From NCBI GenBank assembly GCA_963667725.2, contig CAXXHO010000005.1, positions 96,001 to 160,000 on the forward strand: DNA of 64,000 nucleotides. The letters are read 5' to 3'. Both the position numbers and the translations under genes were made by a program. The DNA comes from Treponemataceae bacterium (lineage in GTDB: Bacteria > Spirochaetota > Spirochaetia > Treponematales > Rectinemataceae). The notes beneath the pieces were generated by a model. The model was not told the origin of the DNA. It made no database searches and saw only the letters and a program-made list of their open reading frames with translations. Positions 28,723 through 37,233 of this stretch are shown here, piece by piece; position 1 is the stretch's first letter; every line of letters begins with the position of its first letter.

Positions 28723-30000
28723 ATGCTTATGATGTCCTCAGCTTCTACCCTTTCTTGTTCCCAACAACTTGCCTCTCGAATTCAGGCGAAGACCGCCCGC
28801 GTGGGCATCGTGGGCTTAGGCTATGTCGGCTTGCCTCTCGCCGTTGAGTTCGCCAAGGCGGGCTTCACCGTCACCGGGATTGACGTTCAGGAGAACAAGG
28901 TCGCCGGAATCAACGCCGGCCGTTCTCACGTGCAGGATATCGCCGGCGATGAATTGGCGGGTCTGGTCGGTGCCGGGAAGATCTCGGCAACGACTGATTT
29001 TTCCGTAGTTTCCGAGTTGGACACAATCAACATCTGCGTCCCAACCCCGCTGCGCAAGACCAAAGATCCTGACATGAGCTTCATCGTGTCTGCATGCGAA
29101 GCCATCCAGAAGCACCTGCACCCTGGCATGCTGATCACCTTGGAATCCACCACATACCCGGGCACGACTGAAGAGCTATTGCTGCCCATGCTCGAAGCCG
29201 GATCGGGGCTGAAAGTCGGGCAGGATTTCTTCCTGTGCTTTTCGCCCGAGCGTGTCGATCCGGGCAATCCGCGATACCAAACTGCGAACATCCCGAAGGT
29301 CGTCGGCGGAACTACGGCCGAGTGCACCCGCCTGGGCGTTCTGTTCTATTCGCAGGCGCTACAGACCGTCGTGCCGGTGACTTCCACGCAGGTCGCCGAG
29401 ATGGTGAAGCTGCTCGAAAACACCTTCCGAATGATCAACATCGGGCTGGTCAACGAAATGGCCTTGATGTGCGATCGCATGGGCATCAACGTGTGGGAAG
29501 TGATCGACGCCGCGGCCACGAAGCCATTCGGATACATGCCCTTCTACCCAGGCCCCGGCCTCGGTGGCCACTGCATCCCCATCGACCCGTTCTATCTTTC
29601 CTGGAAGACCAAGCAAGCCGGCATCGAAGCCCGATTCATCGAACTGGCTGGCTACATCAACGGACAGATGCCCCATTTCGTCGTCGACAAGGTCCAGAAC
29701 GCGCTCAACGACTGCGGCAAGGCCCTCAAGGGATCCCATGTCCACGTGCTCGGAGTGGCCTATAAGCGCGATATCGACGATCTTCGCGAGTCGCCTGCCT
29801 TGGACGTCATGCACCTGCTCCAAATGAAGGGCGCACGGGTCACCTATAGCGATCCATACGTGCCCTCGCTCAAGCTGGATGGGTTTGGGGAATGGCGTTC
29901 GGTCGATGCGGAGCAAGCTGCGGCGGAAGCCGATTGCGTTGTGATCGTGACCGACCATGCGCAGGTGAATTACCAGCGCATCGCGGCCGTCTCCCACCTG
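28723..30000 (+). CDS. UDP-N-acetylhexosamine 6-dehydrogenase (WecC/WbpA/TviB family), C-terminus cut at the junction
   Basis: GLGYVGLPLA, CVPTP, ESTTYPGTT, SPERVDPG, KLLENTFR, GGHCIPIDP, YKRDIDDLRESP and VTDH motifs; the expected final VDTRN segment is missing. Confidence 0.9.
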
Positions 30001-30981
30001 GGCGGTGCCCATCAGTGTCTCGCGTCGGGGATCCTTAGGCCCAAGCATCGCTGAGACGATGAAAAGGCAGCGGGCCCGGCTGAGGTTCAGGCCGTCCAGG
30101 TGAACAATCTTGGGGTCCATGCGATCCGAAACCTTGGCGGGGGAGAGCAAACCATCCTTCAGGAGCTCCGGGAGAAAGCCCGTTATCCAGGTGCGGAACT
30201 CCGCTTTCGGGAGCAGTTTGCCCATGAGGGCGGCTTCCTCCAGGCAGGCGGACAGGAAATCCTCGCCACCGGGCTCCCAGGTGATGGGACAGGCGCGGTC
30301 TGCGCCGAAGTACGTGCGCGCCCGCTCGGCGATGAGCGTTTCCAGTCGGTTATCCCGGGTCACCCGGGCGTAGTCCAGGGCCAGCGAGAGGCTGAAGGCC
30401 GTGTTGGGATGAACACCCGTGCGGATCGGGTAGGTCTGCTTGGGCAGGAAATCCAGAAAGGCCGCAGTCACCCGGTTTGCCAAGGGCTGAAGGTTGGCGG
30501 ACCAGCGACGGGCCTCGGGCGCATCCCAGGCCCTCAATTCTGCTGCGAGTTTGAGCAGCCAGGCCCAGCCGTAGGTGCGCTCGAAGCTCTTGCGGTCCGG
30601 CTGCCCGAAATAGGCCACCTCCGCCGCGATGCGCTCCGGGGCCAGATTCTCGTCCAGCACGGCCCGAATCTCCTTGGCCTCCGGCAGCTCGGGGAACTCC
30701 CGGAGCAGCTTCACCAGCATCCAGTGTCCATGCACCGAGGAATGCCAGTCAAAGCAACCGTAGAAGGCCGGATGCAGAGCCTTGGGCCCCTGCACATCGC
30801 CTGGGCCACTCATGACATGGTCCATCTTGTTGGGATATTCCTTGCGCACGCACTTCAAGGCCATCTTGGCGAAGTGGGAGGCGCCAGTCGTGTCCAGGGT
30901 CAGCCCGGCCTCTGGAGTCGCCGCCTGCAGCGTCAGCACCAGTGCCGCACATGCCATGACTCTCCACGTCGATCGAACCAT
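30001..30981 (-). CDS. DUF2891 family secreted protein, C-terminus cut at the junction
   Basis: Signal peptide; EYPNK, HPAFYGCFDWHSSVHGHW, FERTYGWAW, RTGVHPNTAF and HLDGLNLSRA motifs. Confidence 0.85.
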
Positions 30982-31059
30982 CGAACCCCCCTGTATTCCA
31001 GGATTGTAGGTGCAGCGCCCTCCCAGCGAGAGGACGAATCCTGATACACTGTCCCCCCT

Positions 31060-31149
31060 GGAGAGATGGCCGAGTGGTTGAAGGCGCCTGACTCGAAATC
31101 AGGTTTACGGGTGACCGTAACTGGGGTTCGAATCCCTATCTCTCCGCCA
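31060..31149 (+). tRNA. tRNA-Ser (anticodon CGA)
   Basis: GGAGAGA/TCTCTCC acceptor stem, anticodon arm CCTGA-CTCGAAA-TCAGG, long variable arm, GTTCGAATCC T-loop, encoded G-CCA end. Confidence 0.96.
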
Positions 31150-31158
31150 GTTTGACTC

Positions 31159-31181
31159 AAGCCGCCTCTGGGCGGCTTTTT
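31159..31181 (+). terminator. Intrinsic terminator after tRNA-Ser
   Basis: AAGCCGCC-TCTG-GGCGGCTT followed by a T run. Confidence 0.8.
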
Positions 31182-31200
31182 GGCGGGGCTGGGTTGGACT

Positions 31201-31584
31201 CTATTCTTTTTTCCGAATGCCCAGGTGGGTATGGATTTCGTCTTCCACTTGATCCAGGTTGGTGGCGTTGTAGCGCACGAGATTCTTGAGGTGCTCGTAG
31301 CTTTCCAGGCCGTCGATCTTGTCGAACTCGATGGCGATGCCTTCTGAGTAGAGTCGCGCGACGCGCCCCCTTGCCCGGATTTCCACGGCGCCATGATCGA
31401 GGTGGAGTGTGACTTCGCATGGGGTGTCCAGGGGCAGTCGCTGGGCCGTCAGCACCAGGGTACCCTTCATGCTGACATTCTGGGTTTCTGCGCGGACGAC
31501 GCTTCCCTCGGGAGTCTCCACGCTCACCTGAACCCCCGCGAGGACGCGGGTGAATTCTCGATGGGTCGGGTGCTCATCACTCAT
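31201..31584 (-). CDS. PilZ domain protein
   Basis: HREFTRV (RxxxR) and NVSMKG (D/NxSxxG) motifs; GGAGG RBS on the minus strand. Confidence 0.85.
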   Translation of the reverse strand: MSDEHPTHREFTRVLAGVQVSVETPEGSVVRAETQNVSMKGTLVLTAQRLPLDTPCEVTLHLDHGAVEIRARGRVARLYSEGIAIEFDKIDGLESYEHLKNLVRYNATNLDQVEDEIHTHLGIRKKE

Positions 31585-31805
31585 CGTGCGCCTCCACGAT
31601 AAAGGATCATCCTGGACCCGAATGCGGCAGCTTTCATCCGGAAGATGGAAAAAAGAGTTTTGCAACGGAAAGAGACGGGTGGGTTCAGGCCACGCCGGGT
31701 GCCCCCTGATGGAACTTCCTGGTACCCTCGTGCCATGAGGTCTCCGGGGCGTGGCCCCGGGGTCCACAGAATTGCCTGACCCAAGTTCCCCTTCGGAGGC
31801 CTGCC

Positions 31806-33254
31806 GTGGAAAACCTTCTCGACAATCTGGAGCCCAAACTGCTCTGGAACTACTTCTTTGAACTCTCCAAGATCCCTCGCGGATCCAAGGTGGAGGCCGA
31901 GGCCGCCAAGTGGGTGGCCGATCAGGGTCGCGCGTTGGGCCTTGAGGTGTCCCAGGATGCCGTGGGCAACGTGCTCATCCGCAAGCCCGGCACCAAGGGC
32001 AAGGAGAACCTCCCTGGCGTGTGCCTGCAGGCCCACGTGGACATGGTGTGTGAGAAGAACGAGGGCACCCAGCACGATTTCCTCAAGGATCCCATCAAGC
32101 TGCGCCGGGACGGCAACAACCTGTACGCCACGGGCACAACCCTGGGTGCGGATAACGGCATCGGCGTGGCGGCTGGGCTGGCGGTGATGGCCAGCAAGGA
32201 CATCGCCCATGGGCCCGTGGAGCTGCTGGTCACCATCGACGAAGAGACGGGCCTGACGGGCGCCAACAACATTCAGCCAAACTGGCTGAAGGCCAAGTAC
32301 CTGCTCAACCTCGATAGCGAGGAGGAGGGCTACCTCACCATCGGCTGCGCCGGTGGCGTGGACACCATCACCACCCGCAAGCTCACCCTGGCTGCCCCCA
32401 GTGCGGGCAAGAAGGCCTATCGTCTGAAGGTCTTTGGCCTCAGGGGCGGCCATTCCGGCATCGACATCAACTCGGGCCGGGGCAATGCCATTCGTCTCCT
32501 GGCCCAGGTGCTCAATGCCACGCTGCCGGAGTTCGCCTTCGAGCTGTCTGCGGTCAAAGGCGGCAACAAGCGCAACGCCATACCTCGCGAGGCTTCGGCT
32601 TATCTCTACATGGATTCGGCCAAGGAAGGTGCCTTCAAGGCCGAGCTGGCCAAGCACGAGGCCCACTGGAAGGCGGCTCTCGGCGCCTTCGACCCTGGAT
32701 TCTCACTGAGCCTGGAAGCGGGGACGGAAGACAAGGTCATGTCCAAGGAGGATGCCCTCTGCCTCATCGGCCTGCTGCTGGCCCTGCCTCATGGCGTCGA
32801 GGCCATGAGCCCCGACATCCCTGGACTGGTGCAGACTTCCACCAACATCGGTGTCATTGATACCAAGGATGGTCTGGTGGAAGTGAACCTGCTCACCCGC
32901 AGCTCCATCGACCCTTCCAAGAACGCATTGGCTGAGCGCATTGCCGCCATCTGCGCCCTGGCGAAGTTCGAATCCCACCTGGTGGGCGGCTATCCCGGCT
33001 GGAAGCCCGAGCCCAAGGCCTCCATCGTGAAGCTTGTGGATGGCGTGCAGGAACAGCTCTTCGGCCAGCCCATGAAGATCATGGCGATCCACGCAGGCCT
33101 GGAATGCGGCCTCATCGGCGAGAAATATCCCGGCATGGAGATGGCCTCCATCGGCCCCGATATGTGGGATGTGCACACACCCGATGAGCACGTGAGCATT
33201 CCCTCTGTGGGCAATTTCTGGAAGCTCCTGACAGCCGTGCTCGAGAAGATCTGA
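31806..33254 (+). CDS. pepD: Aminoacyl-histidine dipeptidase (peptidase D, M20C)
   Basis: LQAHVDMVCEKN, TLGADNGIG, DEETGL, LNLDSEE, GGHSG, IHAGLECG and VHTPDE motifs. Confidence 0.93.
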   Translation: MENLLDNLEPKLLWNYFFELSKIPRGSKVEAEAAKWVADQGRALGLEVSQDAVGNVLIRKPGTKGKENLPGVCLQAHVDMVCEKNEGTQHDFLKDPIKLRRDGNNLYATGTTLGADNGIGVAAGLAVMASKDIAHGPVELLVTIDEETGLTGANNIQPNWLKAKYLLNLDSEEEGYLTIGCAGGVDTITTRKLTLAAPSAGKKAYRLKVFGLRGGHSGIDINSGRGNAIRLLAQVLNATLPEFAFELSAVKGGNKRNAIPREASAYLYMDSAKEGAFKAELAKHEAHWKAALGAFDPGFSLSLEAGTEDKVMSKEDALCLIGLLLALPHGVEAMSPDIPGLVQTSTNIGVIDTKDGLVEVNLLTRSSIDPSKNALAERIAAICALAKFESHLVGGYPGWKPEPKASIVKLVDGVQEQLFGQPMKIMAIHAGLECGLIGEKYPGMEMASIGPDMWDVHTPDEHVSIPSVGNFWKLLTAVLEKI

Positions 33255-33266
33255 TCTTCAACTTGT

Positions 33267-33365
33267 AAAGATCCACCACCAAGACGCCAAGAACACCGAG
33301 ACGCACCAAGAGAATGATCCAGCTTGGTGACGTTCGAGTTCTTCGTGCCTTGGTGGTGGATCTTT
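33267..33365. repeat. Palindromic intergenic element with perfect 17-bp terminal inverted repeat (REP-like or terminator)
   Basis: AAAGATCCACCACCAAG (33267-33283) pairs with CTTGGTGGTGGATCTTT (33349-33365); internal CCAAG/CTTGG repeats. Confidence 0.75.
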
Positions 33366-33492
33366 TTTGTTCGGTTTTCGTGATCGCTGTGATGCCCATC
33401 ATCCCTTGATTTTTAGCCGTTCTTGCGGCTTGACGGGCAGGGCCTCGAGGCGGGATCCTGCGGCGGATGTTCCTCTGCACAGAAGGGTCCCG

Positions 33493-35409
33493 ATGCTTGA
33501 GCGCCTGGATTACGAAGCCGTAGGTCTCATCTCCGGTCTGGAGGTGCATCAGCAGCTGCTCACCAAACACAAGCTGTTCTGCCGCTGCCCTGCGGGCCTC
33601 TACACCGAGACGCACGATGGCGAGGTACTGCGGCACATGCGGCCCACGCTCTCGGAACTGGGCGAGTACGACGGCACGGCCCTCATGGAGTTCAAGACGA
33701 AGAAGGAGATCATCTACCTCCTGAACCACCTGAACGTCTGTACTTACGAGATGGACGACACGCCGCCCTTTCTCGTGAATCAGGAGGCCATCGACGCCTC
33801 CATCGAGCTCTGCCTGATGATGGGCATGGACATCATCGACGAGATCCACATCGCCCGAAAACAGTACTTGGACGGCTCCATTCCTACGGGCTTCCAGCGC
33901 ACGGCCATCATCGGCGTGAATGGCACCATCCCCTTTCATGGTCGTCCCCTCACCATCACCCATGTGAGCGTGGAGGAGGACTCCTGCCGCGAGGTGCGGG
34001 ACAAAGGCCACCAGATCGTGTGGCGCACGGATCGGCTGGGCATGCCGCTCACGGAGACCGTGACCGGACCCGAGCTGCGCACGCCCCAGGAGGTGCGCGA
34101 TGCGATTCTGCTTTGCGGCATGACCGCCCGCTCCACCGGGCGCGTGCGCACGGGCATCGGCGCCAGTCGTCAGGACGTGAACGTCAGTGTGCGCGGCGGG
34201 GATCGCGTGGAGATCAAGGGCGTGCCTCGCGCAGGCTACGCCGTGAAGCTGGTACACAACGAGGGCGTGCGGCAACACAACCTGCTCAAGCTGCGTGATG
34301 AACTGCATCGCCGCGGGCTCTCGACACGTGAATCCATCCGGGTGCAAGCCTTCGATGTCTCCGATATCTGCGCGGACGTGGATCTAGGCTTTCTGCGGCG
34401 CTCCATGGGGGCGGGCGGCAAGGTCTTCGCGGTGAAGGTGGAAGGCGTGGCGGGGCTCGCCCAGCATCCCACTCAGCCCGATACGACTTTCCTGGATGAA
34501 CTGAGCGGTCGCATCCGGGTCATCGCCTGCCTGGACGAGGCGCCCATCGTGCTGAGCGGGGCCATGCTGCCGGAGTTCCCCAACAAGCACCGCCTGTTGG
34601 AGCGGCTTCGCAAGCGGGTTCACCTCACCGAGAACGATGATTTCTTTTTGGTGTTTGGCCCCGAGGAGGATTGCCGTACGGCGGCCAACGAGATCCGCCT
34701 GCGCTTCGCCGATGCTACCCAGGGCGTGCCCAAGGAAACCCGCCAGGCGCTTACGGGGGGCTTCACGACCTTCGAGCGCATCCTGCCAGGGCCGGACCGC
34801 ATGTATCCGGATACGGATTCCCCGCCCACCCGCGTGACCGAAGATCGCGTGGCCTCCATCAAGGCTCGACTGCGGCCCGCGCCCTGGGAACGCATCGAAC
34901 GCTACATGTCCTGGCGGGTGCCCGAAGAGACCTGCCATTACCTCATCCGCCGAGGCGGTGCAGAGATCCTGGATGCCGTCATCGAAAAGACCGGCGTGGA
35001 TGGCCTGGTGGCGGCCATGGTGATCGGTCAGCACAGCAAGGCGCTGAAGCGCGCAGGCATTCCGGTGGAGCGCCTGGGCACTGCCGAATGGGTGCAGATC
35101 TTCGATCTCTTCACCGATGGGCGCATTCCCCGGGAAACCATCCCGTTGGTGGCGACGGGTGTGGCCCGGGATGGGCTCAGTGCCCAGGCGGCGGCAGCAG
35201 CAGCGGGTGTAGCCGTGCAGCCCCGGGAGCGGTGGCTGTCCACGGTGGATCAGTTGACCATGGAGGGCTATCAGGGCGAGAAGGTGGATACCCAAGACAA
35301 GCGTCTGCGCTTCCTGGCGGGCCGGGCCATGGAACAACTGCTGGGCAAGGCTCCCGCCAAAGAAGTTGCGGAGTACCTGCGAAGCAAGCTCGTGGAGGTG
35401 TCCCGATGA
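33493..35409 (+). CDS. gatE: Glu-tRNA(Gln) amidotransferase subunit E (archaeal-type)
   Basis: GLEVHQQL..KLFCRC, DGSIPTGFQRTA, VEEDS, DRLGMPLTE, RQDVNVS, RVEIKGV, a large central insertion, GVPKETR and RMYPDTDSPP. Confidence 0.9.
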   Translation: MLERLDYEAVGLISGLEVHQQLLTKHKLFCRCPAGLYTETHDGEVLRHMRPTLSELGEYDGTALMEFKTKKEIIYLLNHLNVCTYEMDDTPPFLVNQEAIDASIELCLMMGMDIIDEIHIARKQYLDGSIPTGFQRTAIIGVNGTIPFHGRPLTITHVSVEEDSCREVRDKGHQIVWRTDRLGMPLTETVTGPELRTPQEVRDAILLCGMTARSTGRVRTGIGASRQDVNVSVRGGDRVEIKGVPRAGYAVKLVHNEGVRQHNLLKLRDELHRRGLSTRESIRVQAFDVSDICADVDLGFLRRSMGAGGKVFAVKVEGVAGLAQHPTQPDTTFLDELSGRIRVIACLDEAPIVLSGAMLPEFPNKHRLLERLRKRVHLTENDDFFLVFGPEEDCRTAANEIRLRFADATQGVPKETRQALTGGFTTFERILPGPDRMYPDTDSPPTRVTEDRVASIKARLRPAPWERIERYMSWRVPEETCHYLIRRGGAEILDAVIEKTGVDGLVAAMVIGQHSKALKRAGIPVERLGTAEWVQIFDLFTDGRIPRETIPLVATGVARDGLSAQAAAAAAGVAVQPRERWLSTVDQLTMEGYQGEKVDTQDKRLRFLAGRAMEQLLGKAPAKEVAEYLRSKLVEVSR

Positions 35410-36842
35410 GCGCCCCTGTGATCCCCATCAGCGAGCGCACGGATCGCTTCCAGGGCTATCGTGGCCTGGCCAAGGCCGCGCTGGAGAAATTCGAGATCGG
35501 CGTGTGGAGCGAAGTCGAGATCGTGAATGACGAGGGCTCCGCCTTCGTGGGCGTCATCCTGCCCCGCAGCGAGACCGCCGACGATCTGCACGTGGTGATC
35601 AAGCTCTTCAACGGCTACAACGTGGGCATCCACGCCAATCGCATCGCCTCCGCCAAGGAGCACGGCTACAAGAAGGCGGTCTACAAGATTCCCGAACAGG
35701 CCTTCCCCTTCGATCCCAAGAAGAAGAACGTCACGCTGCTGGGCACGGGCGGCACTATCGCCAGCCGCCTGGACTACCGCACCGGCGCGGTGATTCCGGC
35801 CTTTACGCCCGGCGAGTTGTACGGCGCTGTGCCGGAGCTGGCCGACATCGCCAATCTCACCACCAAGAAGCTCTTCGGCGTCTTCTCCGAAAACATGGGC
35901 CCCGAGCAGTACAAGGCCCTGGCCATCGCCATTGGCGAGGAGATCGAGAAGGGCGTGGATGGCATCGTCATCGGCCACGGCACCGACACCATGAGCCACA
36001 CGGGCGCCATCCTCAGCTTCATGGTGCAGGACAGTCCCGTGCCCATCGTGATCGTGGGCAGTCAGCGCAGCTCAGACCGGCCTTCCTCTGATGCGGCTCT
36101 GAACTTGATGAATGCGGTTCGCACCGCCGCCGAATGCGACATCGCCGAGGTGATGCTCTGCATGTTTGGTCCCACCTCGGATAACTACGATCTGCTGCAC
36201 CGGGGCACCCGCTGCCGCAAGATGCACAGCAGCTATCGCAGCACCTTCCGCACCATTGGCGCCACGCCCCTTGCCACCGTGAGTCGCTACCCCAAGGAAG
36301 TAGGCGGCAGCCACTTCACCTACATCTCCGAGGACATCCGCAAGCGGGACCGGACGCGAAAGCCCATCATCAACCCCTCCTTCGAGGAGAAGGTGACGAT
36401 CCAGTACTACTATCCCAACTTCAACCCCGACATCATTGATGGTCTCTCGGCCATGGGCTATCGCGGCCTGGTGATGGCGGGCACAGGGTTGGGCCATGTG
36501 AACAAGCCGCTCTATCCGGCCATCAAACGGGCCATCCAGAAGGGCATGACCGTGGTGATGTGCGTCCAGACGCTCTGGGGCTTCGCCCAGATGTACGTCT
36601 ACGACACGGGCCGCGATCTGTTGGACCTGGGTATCATTCCCCTCGACAACATGCTGCCCGAGACCGCCTACATGAAGCTGGCCTGGGTGCTGGGACAGAC
36701 TGATGATCCCAAGAAAATTCGGGAAATGATGACCACGGCCATCAATCATGAGATCGAGCAGCGGGAGCCTCACAACGGCTATCTCATCCTTCAGGGTGGT
36801 CTGCCCGAAGTGGACGCCTTCGTGGAGAAGCACTGGAAGTAA
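35406..36842 (+). CDS. gatD: Glu-tRNA(Gln) amidotransferase subunit D (archaeal-type)
   Basis: N-terminal GVILP..IKLFNGYNVGI domain, GTGGTIASRLDYRTGAV, HGTDTM, GSQRSSDRPSSDA, KMHSSYRSTF, GTGLGH and MLPETAYMKL; ATGA overlap with gatE. Confidence 0.92.
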   Translation: MSAPVIPISERTDRFQGYRGLAKAALEKFEIGVWSEVEIVNDEGSAFVGVILPRSETADDLHVVIKLFNGYNVGIHANRIASAKEHGYKKAVYKIPEQAFPFDPKKKNVTLLGTGGTIASRLDYRTGAVIPAFTPGELYGAVPELADIANLTTKKLFGVFSENMGPEQYKALAIAIGEEIEKGVDGIVIGHGTDTMSHTGAILSFMVQDSPVPIVIVGSQRSSDRPSSDAALNLMNAVRTAAECDIAEVMLCMFGPTSDNYDLLHRGTRCRKMHSSYRSTFRTIGATPLATVSRYPKEVGGSHFTYISEDIRKRDRTRKPIINPSFEEKVTIQYYYPNFNPDIIDGLSAMGYRGLVMAGTGLGHVNKPLYPAIKRAIQKGMTVVMCVQTLWGFAQMYVYDTGRDLLDLGIIPLDNMLPETAYMKLAWVLGQTDDPKKIREMMTTAINHEIEQREPHNGYLILQGGLPEVDAFVEKHWK

Positions 36843-36861
36843 TCGTTGTGCTGCAGACTGA

Positions 36862-37233
36862 TCAGGGGCCTTCCAGCACTTCCTGAACGGCCTGCAGGAG
36901 ATCGGCCCGGGATACGGGCTTGCGCAGAACCTTGGCGGCTCCCAGGCGCTGGGCGGGCCTCAGGAGGTCCATCCCGATCCCGGGGCCGCCTCCAGAAATG
37001 GCGATCACGCGCATTTCCGGGTATTGGGTTCGCACCTCCATGATGAGCTCGATCCCATCTTTTTCAGGCATGAAGATGTCGGTGATCAGCACATCGAAGG
37101 TGCCAGCCTGCAGACATTTCATGGCGGCCAGACCGTTGGGGGCCGTCACAACCTGGTGCCCGTTGCCCTCCAGGATTTCGGTCAAAAGCGTGCGGATCGC
37201 GAGGTTGTCATCGGCGACCAGGAAGCGAGGCAT
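36862..37233 (-). CDS. Single-domain (CheY-like) response regulator
   Basis: LVADD, LITDIFMPEKDG, ISGG and LRKP motifs. Confidence 0.92.
   Translation of the reverse strand: MPRFLVADDNLAIRTLLTEILEGNGHQVVTAPNGLAAMKCLQAGTFDVLITDIFMPEKDGIELIMEVRTQYPEMRVIAISGGGPGIGMDLLRPAQRLGAAKVLRKPVSRADLLQAVQEVLEGP

Noticed and set aside
29359..30000. C-terminal extension of the 540-aa DUF2891 ORF, an apparent long antisense overlap
   Set aside because: It is read-through antisense to the dehydrogenase caused by the junction
31060..31200. tRNA-Ser as an integration site for the polysaccharide island
   Set aside because: No integrase or duplicated tRNA 3' end seen, and the break lies about 1 kb upstream inside a gene
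34671..35405. 245-aa N-terminal extension of GatD, and the 33367 start for GatE
   Set aside because: The GatD extension overlaps gatE out of frame; better starts are ATG 35406 (ATGA coupling) and ATG 33493
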